Assembly: GCA_964016885.1 (NCBI GenBank)
Contig: OZ024740.1
Coordinates: 66,464,001 to 66,528,000, forward strand
Length of the DNA: 64,000 nucleotides
Direction: 5' to 3'
DNA from: Eledone cirrhosa
Taxonomy: Eukaryota
This document shows positions 1 to 12,935 of this stretch, in pieces. The notes beneath the pieces were generated by a model. It had not been told where the DNA came from. It did no database searches and saw only the letters and a program-made list of their open reading frames with translations. The first letter of the stretch is position 1, and each line of letters opens with the position of its first letter. A program made the position numbers and the translations under genes.

Positions 1-11
1 ATATATATATG

Positions 12-68
<57 letters not shown>

Positions 69-81
69 CAAAGACTATATG

Positions 82-167
<86 letters not shown>

Positions 168-233
168 TATGTCCAAAGGCTCTGATACCATCAACACTAT
201 ACACACAGAGCTGGCATATCTAAGAACTGACTA

Positions 234-289
234 ACTGCCTGATGAGGTCATAGCCATTCAATGGCTATCATCGAAATATATATAGCAGT
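234..289 (+). ncRNA. Type I hammerhead ribozyme in a PLE pLTR-like 3' fragment
   Basis: Stem I ACTGC/GCAGT; core CTGATGA at 239; stem II TAGCCAT/ATGGCTA; GAA; palindromic stem III ATATATAT; A17; AATAAA at 291; (TA)n from about 331. Confidence 0.88.
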
Positions 290-326
290 AAATAAAGGAT
301 TATGTGTTCATTGACTTATGTTGCGT

Positions 327-436
<110 letters not shown>

Positions 437-446
437 ATATATATAT

Positions 447-641
447 GAAAAGTGTCAGGACACCGTCAGCTGAGCTCCGGCCGTTACGCCAGTGTTGTTC
501 CGAACTAGGATCTAGCTGTCGAAACGGCCGGAGCTCAGCCATCGGTGTCCTGACTCTTTTCCTATTACCCACTCTACTACCCGTTGTATCGAATTCTCTG
601 GTGCGTTATAGTCCACCTTTTATCGTACCACACTCTATTTG

Positions 642-644
<3 letters not shown>
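447..644. repeat. Fold-back (palindromic) element family P1, asymmetric copy
   Basis: Hairpin arms AAAAGTGTCAGGACACCG..GCTGAGCTCCGGCCGTT / AACGGCCGGAGCTCAGC..CGGTGTCCTGACTCTTTT; homologous to 26504-26775, 42621-42815 and 47830-48035. Confidence 0.85.
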
Positions 645-680
<36 letters not shown>

Positions 681-849
681 TCCTGGTTTCAATCGGGTGT
701 AACTATAGTAAGTTAGGTACTCAAACCATTAATCGTGTATAAAAATCATGTTTGATACAGAAATGGCTTGTACATTACTCGAACTGTTTCATTCAAAATA
801 AATCATCGGGGCTCTCCAGACAAATTCTTTTGAATGAAAAAACCTATTT

Positions 850-926
<77 letters not shown>

Positions 927-930
927 TATT

Positions 931-961
<31 letters not shown>

Positions 962-1007
962 ATATATATATTTGTATATATATATATATATATACGTATA
1001 TATATAT

Positions 1008-1099
<92 letters not shown>

Positions 1100-1153
1100 G
1101 TATATATATATATATATACTTATATATATATATACGTATATATATATATATAT

Positions 1154-1862
1154 CTAAAACGGGTAAAATTCCCGAGATCCATGGACGAGTTCTCTCCAGC
1201 GGTCTCTGTCCCTCATTATTGCTGCCATGTCCTGCATTTCCAACAGACCAGTGTCTATCCTTAGGTCATCAACATACGTTAACCTCAGTCTCCTCTGTGT
1301 CACTTTTGATCTGACTCTTGGGATGCTCCCATACAGCTCTGAGTTTGTCATCCTCAGTGTATACTGATTAATGTTCAGAGCCATCCTCAGCATTCTCGTG
1401 TAGCACCCATCCACCATCTGAGTGAGTTTCTTGTTCAGTGTCCAAATCTCAGACCCATACAGCAGCACAGACACCAATACAGCAATGAAGAGGCGGATTT
1501 TCAGGTCTCTACGAAGGTCCGACTTCCACACCGATCTCAAGCTGTGGCACGCCGCCCAGGCCTTGCTCTTCCTCTCAACCACATCATCTTCCGTATTTCC
1601 AATCTTTGCTCCCAAATACAGGAAGTCCTCAACCAATTCCAGCGGCTTCCCGCCTACATTAGTGATCCCCTCTGGCTTCTCAACATTCTCTACCAGATAT
1701 TTTGTTTTTGTCTCATTCATTCTCAGCCCCACACTCATCGACATAGTCTCAACCTCCCGCATCAAATCCTCTGCCTCCTTCACTGTATTTGTCAGCAAAA
1801 TTATGTCGTCGTAAATTCAGCATCCGATACCTTTTTCGCCCTAACTCTCCTGCTCTGAGCCG
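1154..1862 (-). mobile_element. 5'-truncated RTE-type non-LTR retrotransposon (RT C-terminus), decayed
   Basis: ORF 1154-1798 with GLRMNETKTK, FLYLG, SVLLYGSEIWTL, R..WR; frameshifted F(A)DD motif near 1805-1815; both ends abut (TA)n. Confidence 0.9.
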
Positions 1863-1915
1863 TATATCTATATATATATACGTATATATCTATATGTATA
1901 TATATATATATATAA

Positions 1916-2255
1916 ATAGTATAAAGAAAACGAAAAATCAGTGATGCATCTAGACTTAATTTATTGCGTGTTACAATTGTTTCGCCGACAGGTAGCTCGA
2001 GAAATGGTCCTTGTATGGATATGGCAGATTCTACTTCTGCAGGTTCTTTCAGACACGGGTATTTCGTTTGGAGCAAAATGTATCGTGATAAAATTTGCTC
2101 CAAACGAAATACCCTTGTCTGGAAGGGCCTGCAGAGGTAGAATCAGCTAGATCCATACAAGGAGCATGTCTCGAGCTACCTGCCGGCGAAACAATTGTAA
2201 CACGCAATAAATTAAGTCCAGATGCATCACTAAATTTTTCGTTTCTTTATACTAT
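1916..2255. repeat. 340-bp palindrome (family P2) with a hammerhead 3' half on each arm
   Basis: Arms of about 165 bp centred near 2085; right arm has C-GAA-ACAATTGT-A (2187-2199) then AATAAA (2206). Confidence 0.9.
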
Positions 2256-2377
2256 CTACACTCTACTCTGCTGCATATCGAGTGCTAATTTTGGCATACC
2301 GCCTATGGAAGCACCATAGCTACCATTATACACAGCTATATATATATATATATATATAATGTTTAATATGGAAATAC

Positions 2378-2507
<130 letters not shown>

Positions 2508-2609
2508 GTACATTTACATATATATACGTACAGATACATATATATATATACTTATATATATATGCATATATATATATATACATATATATATATACACATA
2601 TATATATAT

Positions 2610-2690
<81 letters not shown>

Positions 2691-2693
2691 AAC

Positions 2694-2744
<51 letters not shown>

Positions 2745-2746
2745 AC

Positions 2747-2799
<53 letters not shown>

Positions 2800-2808
2800 T
2801 ATATACAT

Positions 2809-3015
2809 ATCATCATCATCATCATCATCATCAGGTTTAGCGTCCGTGTTCCACGCTTGCATGGGTTTGGACGGGGGTTTTCCCACTTGAGGCAAGAGTG
2901 GTTGTCTTGCTCGCATAGGACTGTCTGGCGGGTTTTCTACAGTTGGATGCCCTTCCTAACACCAACCACATTTACAGTGTGGGGCTGGGAGGTTTTTATC
3001 GTGTTGCCTACACGG
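2809..3015 (-). mobile_element. RTE LINE 3' UTR/tail fragment
   Basis: (CAT)n on + = (GAT)n tail; GGATGCCCTTCCTAACACCAACC core shared with the end of the LINE at 24590-24759 and with 32032-32308. Confidence 0.8.
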
Positions 3016-3057
<42 letters not shown>

Positions 3058-3076
3058 TACATATATATATATAGAC

Positions 3077-3172
<96 letters not shown>

Positions 3173-3196
3173 TTATTTATTAAAATAACAGATTTA

Positions 3197-3247
3197 AGTT
3201 TAAGCAGAGAATCGCTGCTTTCACCCTTAACGGGATCTTCTGAAACT
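3197..3247 (-). ncRNA. Variant hammerhead (CAGAAGA core) in the Naiad pLTR; copies at 6455-6504 and 29016-29066
   Basis: Minus strand AGTTT-CAGAAGA-TCCC gttaa GGGT-GAA-AGCAG cgattct CTGCT-T-AAACT, then AATAAA and (TA)n. Confidence 0.75.
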
Positions 3248-4171
3248 AACAAAGTCAATCTGTAAACGCAGAAGTGGATATTACTAAAAACGTTGCAACC
3301 GGAGGAAGACAGGAAGACGTTACTCTGATTCGTGGAAACGTTCGCTGGCAAAGAACGGGAAAAAAACGAATATATACGTCATTAATAGGAGCGGTGAAAA
3401 ACAATTTCGCGCAAAGACAGAACCAAGTTTATGGTATAAAACAGGTCGTAGACTAATGTTCTATTAAGTGGTTCATAGAGACGTTCTCTGGCAATGAACG
3501 AAAAAAACCAAGATAATACGTCATATGTGGAGCGTGGAGAACAATAGCACGCAAAGACTAAACCACGTAAATGGTATAGCAGAAGTCGTAGACTAAAATT
3601 CTAACTAGGAGACCGAATGAATCTCCGCTACAGAGTTAAGAACAAAGTAAATAAATACAATACAGAAGTAATAATTACATACACGCAAACAAATACGTAC
3701 ATACACAAGCATATGCAAAACACTTACCATAGGTATACAAAACCACGCACATATAAATATGGGTGTGTGTATGCGTGTATACAAATGAATAAATAATTAT
3801 ATAAACATATATAAATAAAATATACGTATATAACAAGCGCACACACATACCTACATGTTAATACACGAATGTTCGGAGACGTAAGTCAACCAAAACATGA
3901 AGTACACATATACACACACCCTACCTTCTTACGAACCAGCATACTCACACAGACGCAAAACTCCCGTATACACAAAGCCAAACCATATGTACCAGAATAT
4001 ATAAAATTATACGCCATAAGATAAACGCACAAATATACGTACGAGAAGGTATACGTACCTTAACAAAACATACAGGTAATATATACTTAGCTAAGAAAAT
4101 AAGTAATGGTATAAGCAAAACATATACTTAGCTCCCACATCAAGACGTAAAATATCCACGTATAGATTGTA

Positions 4172-6300
4172 CTATCCGTTAGGGTATAACGTGGGGCTAT
4201 AATACAGGAAAGTTTTGTGCAATTTATGTTTACAAGCCGAAATTGCCTCAGATTTTTTGTTTAAGATGTGGTCTGTGGTGTAGAGTATTTCTAGGGCCTC
4301 AGCGGCGCAGAGGTCAAATGGTCTTTTATTTCCGTTATACGATCTAGCCCTAGCCAGGATCTCCCAGTGTAACCCATATTGGGTGTGGTTGTCTTTTAGA
4401 CTCCAGATATAAGCTGAAAGTGACGTCATATTCCTTCTTAGAGGGTAACGAACAGAATGGGTATGCATGTAAAGACGCTGCTTGAAACTATTGGCGGTTA
4501 ACCCTATGTAGGCCCTACGGGACGTGGGTGTTACAACCTTACATTTGTAGACAATGTTACTAGAGAGGCATTTCCCGGATAGGGGGCAATCAACCCGATT
4601 CCTACAATTACAGTTAGTACTAACTACTGGGTTGCACGTGTTCCTACGGATAAGTAGTTTAGCTAAATTTGAAGTTCTGTTGTTATGTGCAAGGTTAGGA
4701 GTCGTAGATAAGAAATTTTAATAGTATTTCTATTAAAAATGTTACTATATTTATGTGTAGGGGGAAAATACTTCGTAATAAGGGAAAGAAAGATCTTAGC
4801 TAAAGGTGTGGCCACCTCCATATTATATGGTGGGTTATACCAACAAATGCGACGGGATCTATTTCTTCTAGGTCTATTTTCGTACTCTGTATATGCTACC
4901 TTATCGACAAATCCACTTCGATCAAGAGTTTCCTTGTAATAAGTAGAATGGTCGTTGAAAATACGCTCGTTGGTGGAAAGACGGGAAAGCCTCAACGAAA
5001 CGTTTCTTACCAGGTTCTTAGTTATGCTGGCAGGATGGTTGGAATGCTTACTTATGTAATTAAGCGTATCATTCGGCTTTCTATACGGGTAATACAACCC
5101 ATTCAATAAATTGAGGGTAACGTCGAGGTAATTAACGACCGATAGATTGGCCTCAACCTGTATAGAGAGGTTGAAGCCTTTAAATAAGGCTGTGAGTTCT
5201 TTTCTGAACCTGTCGCAAGCACGAGGTCCGCACTTAGTCATGGTCAAAAGACCATCGTCACGGTACAAACCACCGCCCGCGTTGGGGAATTCATCCTTGA
5301 TAGAGAAAAGGAGGAAAAGGCCGATAAGATCAGTAACCTCCGCAGAATCACTGGCGCACATACTCACGTCGAATGGGGTACTATTGGATTATTCAATCCA
5401 AATAGAGTCGTCGAAATTAATCACCGACTTTCGGGCATTGAGGATGACATCAACTTCGAAATCCTTAACCACTGTGAGTGTTTTAGCGAAATTGATAGCT
5501 CTAAGGAGAAGTGGTAAAGTGGTGGAGGAGTAGTAATTGTTGATGTCGAATTGGATAAAACGGCAATGTTCCTTGTTACATATGCCGTTGAACCAATCAA
5601 TCACCGCGAAAGAATTGTTCCACAGTGCAAGAGGGGCCAAACTTCTAATGTCATGTATAATTCTATCAAGAATCGTTTTACTAAGTCTGCCTAAATCGTA
5701 CTTCGTAGGGTTAATAAGCCGAATAGAGGGGTTGTTTGGAAAATTGGTTTTGTGATCCTTCAGGGTAAAGTGGGGAGAAATAGGGTCTAGAGGTTCGGTC
5801 CGGTCCAGGATGTTGAGATCAGATGTGATTTTAAACCCAGCATCGTTGATTTCTTTGATGACGCACCGATCAGTTTTACGGTAATCCTTAGTTACAGCAT
5901 TATGTAGTAGTTGATGGTAAGTACTGCGCTCCACTTGATATAGGTTGCCAGTTTTGTCGGAATGGACGTGCACGGCATTAGAATCCTTAATAGAACGAAT
6001 TCTATTCTTCAGGTCTTGCTGGAAGGAATTGCTCCTATTCCGAAATTTGATACTCCGAATGAGTTCCAAGACATCGTTTTCGAAGGGTAGCAATGCTGGG
6101 TTACACGGGGGGTTATTATAGGTTTTAAATACAAATTTATCCTGTTTGTTGTCTGCTTTTCGCGGATTATCGAAATAAAAGGCACACCAACGCAACCTTT
6201 TAATGAACGCGTCTATTTTCTGTATCAGAAGTTTTAGGTATGTTTTCCTGCTTGGTACGGGTATGTTCTTTGTAGAAATATTCAGATGTTGTTTCTGCAT
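4172..6300 (-). pseudogene. Naiad RT-GIY-YIG ORF disrupted by one in-frame TAA (5389-5391) and a 1-bp deletion near 4708
   Basis: ORFs 5389-6300 and 4663-5367 are in the same frame; comparison with 29996-30586 locates the frameshift at SY|STTPN. Confidence 0.88.
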
Positions 6301-7152
6301 GATGAATATAAGTCAGTAGAGTGCTCAACCGAGTGAGCCAAATAGTAATAATAATAAATTTGAAGACTGAAATCCAAAGAGGGCTCGATATGGATAAATA
6401 TATATCAAATATATAAGAACCGTAGAGCAAATATTTATTAAAATAACAGATTCAAGTTTAAGCAAAGAATCGCTGCTTTCACCCTTAACGGGATTTCTGA
6501 AACTAACAAAGTCAATCTGTAAACGCATAAGTGGATATTTCAAAAAACGTTGCAACCGGAGGAAGACAGGAAGCCGATACTCCGGTTCGTGGTAACGTTC
6601 GCTGGCAAAGAACGGGAAAAAACGAATATAATACGTCATTAATAGGAGCGGTGAAAAACAATTACGTGCAAAGACAGAACCACGTTTATGGTATAAAACA
6701 GGTCGTAGACTAATGTTCTATTAAGTGGTTCATAGAGACGTTCTCTGGCAATGAACGAAAAAAACGAAGATAATACGTCATATGTGGATCGTGGAGAACA
6801 AAGACAAAACCACGTAAATGGTATAGCAGAAGTCGTAGACTAAAGTTCTAACTAGGAGACCGAATGAATCTCCGCTACAGAGTTAAGAACAAAGTAAATA
6901 GATACAATACAGAAGTAATAGAAATAAATAAATGTATGTACAGGCAAACAAATACGTACATACACAACATACGCAAAACACTTACCATAGGTATACAAAA
7001 CCACGCACGTATAAATGTGTGTGTGTGCATGCGTGTATACAAATAAATAAATAAATATATAAACGTATATATGTGTATATATATATATACATATATATAC
7101 ATATATATATACATATATATACATATATACATATATACATATATATATACAC

Positions 7153-7185
<33 letters not shown>

Positions 7186-7202
7186 TATCTATATATATAT
7201 AC

Positions 7203-7311
<109 letters not shown>

Positions 7312-7356
7312 TATATAAATATATATTATATACATATATATATATATATTATATAC

Positions 7357-7468
<112 letters not shown>

Positions 7469-7715
7469 GTATATACATATATATATATATATATATACAT
7501 ACATATATATATATATTTCCTTTCAGAATTTGTTTAGCAAGATTCCTTATCTGAAAGCGTGTTACAACCGATATTGTTATTCTTTGGGAGGGTCATGTTG
7601 CCAATAAGTAAGAAACACACGCACCAGGTGCTTTCACTCCAATGTATTATATATTACATTTATAAATTTAAGAATTTATAAATTTCTTATTGGCAACATG
7701 ACCCTCCCAAAGCAT

Positions 7716-7759
<44 letters not shown>

Positions 7760-7952
7760 CTGATTTAAACAGCAACATTTTTATCTGATATATTCCTTCG
7801 TTATACTTTAAATTACCAGATGATGTCACCGGATTCATACTGAACCCGGTCATTAAAATGAACATAATAAAATAAACCCTTCAAGGATTTACACCAGAAG
7901 ATGCTTCCTATTATTTTGTGATATATATACACACACACACAAACACACATTT

Positions 7953-8051
<99 letters not shown>

Positions 8052-8360
8052 GACATATATATATATACATATATATATATATACATACATACATATAAGT
8101 AGTTATGGAATAGTTATTGAAACGGTCTGTACATTTTACTCTTTATCCTGTATTTTCCGTGTGCTTCAAGTTAAATCTTTCAAACCAACGTACTATATCA
8201 ACCCTCGTAATTTTAAATACACAAGTTACTGCGTTTATTATTACATATATTATTACATAATGCTCAGTATTTATACTTAATTACAGGGTATTATAATGAG
8301 TTACTAGCTCTACCTTTTACATGTATATATATTTAAATATATATATATATATATATATAT

Positions 8361-8478
8361 ATGAAAAACCGCAAACCCTACATCTTAATTCTACTTTTGA
8401 AAAGCACAAGAACTGCGAAACCGGTAAAGGAACCAAATAAATATATTTTCTGTTACAAAAGACTCATCATTTTTCCTT
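8361..8478 (+). mobile_element. Neptune-type pLTR 3' end with HHR 3' half
   Basis: Homologous to 51345-51490; C-GAA-ACCGGT-A (palindromic stem III) then AATAAA; flanked by (TA)n. Confidence 0.65.
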
Positions 8479-8487
8479 ATATATATA

Positions 8488-8666
<179 letters not shown>

Positions 8667-9124
8667 ATATATATGCAGAACTTATATTTAATTTGTTTGG
8701 ATTCAACAAGCTTAAACATATTTATAACTGCTAAATGGAGTAAATATTCAATATATTAATAAATGGAAACTATATTTATAAAACATAATTATTTTATTAT
8801 ATATATTTCAAGGGCAACCAAGGCAAATTTTGGTGCGTTTTCATCAGATAAAATACAAATTTGTATCATAAATATTGACATACCCTCCAAAAGACAACCT
8901 TAACGGTTCAGGTTCGCTGGATAGTGGAACAAATATTTTATTGAGGGTTATTCAATGTTATATGTGAGTATGCAAATGAGTGTCAGAAAAATTGAAAAAA
9001 CAACGGTTTATTTAAATTAAACTGTTAGAAGAAAGTAGTGAAAGGAAGAGAGAAAAGGGAGAGAACATTTTTTTTTATATATATATATAGAGAGAGAGAG
9101 ATTTATATATGCACCCTTAATATT

Positions 9125-9307
9125 GCTCGCTGAGTGACGCATTATTCAACAAGTCTGAACCTTTGAGTTAGTGGCAGAATTTATTCTTGCAGGATAAATT
9201 GACTGAATTTACACGAAATAAAGTGTGTTAGTTAAGGAGACAACGCGCCGCACGATACGGGAATTGAACTTACAACATTAGGTTCGTGACCACCGTACAC
9301 TTACCTC
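9125..9307 (-). mobile_element. Decayed tRNA-derived SINE
   Basis: Minus strand has a B-box-like AGTTCAATTCCC followed by GCGTTGTCTCCTT..ACACTTTATTTC. Confidence 0.45.
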
Positions 9308-9730
9308 CTCTTCATCATGCACATTAATCTACGCCTAAGTTATTAAGGGTTAAACTGTGTATTTCGTACATTTGCTGGATCTTGCCATGGTCACTGAGAT
9401 ACACGATCGGTTCACATTGACTACAAACATTAGATTAATCGACCACGTGTAAATGCGATTTATCTGTCTACACAATAATATATTTTTTAGTGCAATATAT
9501 ATATCTTCATATCGAGTAGGGGTGCCTCGAGTATTTCTGTCAATCATCTGTCCCATTCCTTCCATTGACCGAGGGAATGTCTTGAGGTATAAAGATGTTC
9601 GTTACATATAATATATGATATAGTCGAAAACCGAGATTGTGAATATTAATGATTTCATGCCACACCGACTAAAACCAGCCTTGATTCTAGGATAGAGAGT
9701 TGTATATTTCAGTATATATTCATATATATA

Positions 9731-9800
<70 letters not shown>

Positions 9801-9810
9801 CGTGCGTGTA

Positions 9811-9844
9811 TCTATGAAGGACTAGCGCCCGAAACGTTAAGACT
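9811..9844 (+). ncRNA. Decayed minimal hammerhead remnant
   Basis: TATGAAGGAC tagc GCCC GAAACGTTAAGAC; 5' core incomplete next to (GT)n. Confidence 0.5.
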
Positions 9845-9918
9845 TTCCCATCTGTATTTAGCATGAAACTAAGATATATCGTCATTGAACGTCGTCATCT
9901 GTTGTTTTCACACGCGCG

Positions 9919-9965
<47 letters not shown>

Positions 9966-9975
9966 CCACACGCAC

Positions 9976-10025
<50 letters not shown>

Positions 10026-12724
10026 ATGTGTGTGTATAATGTAAGTGTTTAGGTAAAGAGTGAGTAACTGAAGCTCTCCGACTCGGTATTATTTATAAAG
10101 ATATAAATTTATCTTACACTTCGGTTGCTTGAAAACTATAATTTAATATAAAACACATCTTTAAAATTATGCTGAAATCTCCTGCGCCAAACTATATCAT
10201 TAAGTTCCTCTAAATTCTAAGTACCTCCAAATCCTTGATTATGTGCTGAATATCTTATTAGAATATAGTAAGTTTCATTATTTATTTCTTGTTTATATCA
10301 GTGCCTTTTGGGAAATAGTAACACATTTCTTAACCGTAATTTACATGACTCCATCAGTATTTGAACCACCCTTTCTGCTACTGTCTGTCGGAACCTTGCT
10401 ACCACTGATTACACATACATCGTGATAATTAATTATCTGCTTGTCAGTTAAGAGACTGATATCTGTTTTCAACTAGGTGGCTTCAGCCATGTGGTTACTT
10501 CGTGTTTTTCCAGTGGCGCAGCTTAATCTATCAAACATTACAGCAAATATGGTTATTTTTATTTAAGCTCAGCTCAACTTGTATCAAAGAATCATATGTT
10601 CTAAAATATACCATTTGTAACATTTCCGTATTTTTGCCGAGATTTTTTACGCGTCAGAAAGTTTTTCTCTAAGTTTTATTTGATTTCTATCAGTTAGAGT
10701 AATTTCCAATATGCCCACTGGTTTCTTATTGAGACAGAATGAAAGCAGGTGTGAGTTAAATGTAAGAATTTGGAAAATACATTGCTTCGATTTCATTGCC
10801 TGGCATCTTTTGCAAGTATCTTTACTTTAGCCTCAGATTATCTCAAGCGTTATCAGTGAAATTAGATAGAGAGAACTTATTTGCTTGAAGAGAACATATG
10901 GTTATAAAAAATACCAGGATACATTCCTCGATACAATGTACGTGGTTGTCATAATGAAAGCTCGTATCATTTTAGTTATTTGAAGGACGAAATTAATGAC
11001 ATGAATATTATATGTAAAGTACATCTTTATACCTCATGATATTCCCTCGATCAACAAGTAAATAGACGATATTAGGATGTTCTACCTTCTGAAAATATCG
11101 TTTCTTCCCACAATTCTGAGCAACGTCGACTTTACAAGAATATGTCCAGTTTCTTATGTCCCCAAGCCATACACATTTTCTTGCCCGAATCTATACGGTT
11201 ACCTCATCAAGAACAGAAGCATAGATATCGATTTCACTCAGCTGAAAATTATTTTCGTTATCTACATGCTGAGGATTTCTCCTTTGTTCTTACTTTTCGT
11301 GCATTATAAAATCAGCATTTGGTTGTTTATTTTTATAATCCCGTCTTTTTGTTCAAATGAAAGATAAATATAGATTCATAAATCTTGTATAAGTTTTAAC
11401 AAAATTGATGTGGCTGTTCTTCTTTTTTTTAAACGGCATGAGTAATTGTATCGTATTGTAAGTGTCTGAGTATACACATATACTTCCAATAAGTTAATCG
11501 TTATACAGGTTAATCGTGACACGACGTGTGAAAAGGCCGGACCGTTCAATTACATGACTAGTCAATCCCTACCTCTTGACAGGCGTTCACCTTAATTTGG
11601 AGAACTCAATTTTACTCCCGAAACATCGGTGAACAATAACATAAGGTAGAAGACTCTTGATCATCATCCCGCATAATGGAATCAAATCGTGATCTATGCC
11701 TCTAATCAATATATATGCAGACATGGGCACAAATATAACCCTAGAGAGCACATCTATACACAATAACTTCATATGAGAATTCGCGAATTATTTTCGATTT
11801 ACTAAGAAACCTGTTAAAATCAATTGTCAAATATCTCTCACACCATGTCCATTCGTGTTAAATAAAAATGAACATTGTATAATACTATCGTAAATTGTTG
11901 TTTTCATGGATTCTGAAACAATAGGATCTTTCTACAATGTATTTGATTACTGAGGAGAAAGAAGCATGTGTTCTGTCTTCAAATCCTTTTCATTCATGGC
12001 AGGATTAAGAGAAATGTGGGAGTTAAACGAGCTGCCAGTGATGTAGTCATTTGACTTTAGTTTTGAAACCTCACAATCTGTGCGATGACAGGTCCATTGG
12101 TTTCGATACACTAAAAATGGGAATTAACATGCCTGGGAAGCAGTACTAATAGCTATACCTAATGATGTGACTACACAATAACGATATTTATGAATAAGAC
12201 GTGGGATTTAGTGATTAGGTCCACTTCTGTCGACGCTTCGTGTAGTTAACGAAAACATTTTATTTCTAAAATCTCTTGTTCACTCAGCCGTAACAAAAAT
12301 GAATTATACCTGTGATTGAAATGGTCAGTCTGGACAAACACTTTTTAAGCTCAAACTCCTTGAGAAGCACATTAAATGTTCAGCCACTTGCACATTAATT
12401 TCATGAACAAGTTGTTACTTCGATCAAACAACTCAAATACTTATCCTCGGAATGAGAAGGCGTCCAACACACACATTATAAATCATTCTTCCATCGCTTT
12501 AATGATTCTGATATAATGATTCGTTTTATAATAAAAAATCCTTTTGGGGGATTCGAAGCATCAATGGAATGATTGACAACCCTCATCCAATACTCCAGTT
12601 TGTCTTTAAATTTCATCTTTCCAATTGTTCATAAAACATAATATTATTGGTCCTGGGCCAATGTTAGAAATCAATATTAGTAATTAAATCTTAGACAAAA
12701 AATATATTATTATGTTTTATTTCT

Positions 12725-12935
12725 ATCATTGGAACAAAGACAACACATTTTTGCGGTCGAAGAGCTGCCTATTAAATCGACCCTGTATCTGACTAGTAAT
12801 TTATATCGTCGCAGTCAGAATGATGAAAGACAAATTTGACCTCCGTGTTATTTGTATTTGGCATGTAAACATTCGAAAGTAAATAGTTTAATTTCTGTTG
12901 TTCGATGTTCTAACGATTCTGCCAGTTCAGAGCCC
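12725..12935 (-). mobile_element. Decayed copy of the tRNA-derived SINE seen at 21641
   Basis: GATGAAAGACAAATTTGACCTC and TCTAACGATTCTGCCAG match the reverse complement of the SINE. Confidence 0.55.

Larger units (their letters stand above)
3173..7070 (-). mobile_element. Near full-length Naiad-clade Penelope-like element with direct pLTRs (3' pLTR about 3173-3830, 5' copy about 6433-7070), inserted in (TA)n
   Basis: N-terminal STKNIPVPS..YLKLLIQKIDAFIKRLRW; RT motifs FDINNYY, FDVSM..DSAE, GLYRDDG; CNCR..CPLSGKC linker; IVY..YIG GIY-YIG; pLTR duplication visible directly. Confidence 0.92.

Noticed and set aside
5389-5391. Selenocysteine read-through in Naiad ORFs (known for some Naiads)
   Set aside because: This stop is TAA. 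The TGAs I checked in other Naiad remnants (about 45915, 25078) fall at apparent Trp/Lys positions in decayed copies. No SECIS recognised by eye.
7812-7876. CAGATGA-hairpin-TAAA-AATAAA HHR-like remnant (similar weak cases near 47285-47330 minus and 51335-51415)
   Set aside because: Two or more core positions are altered; too decayed to call individually
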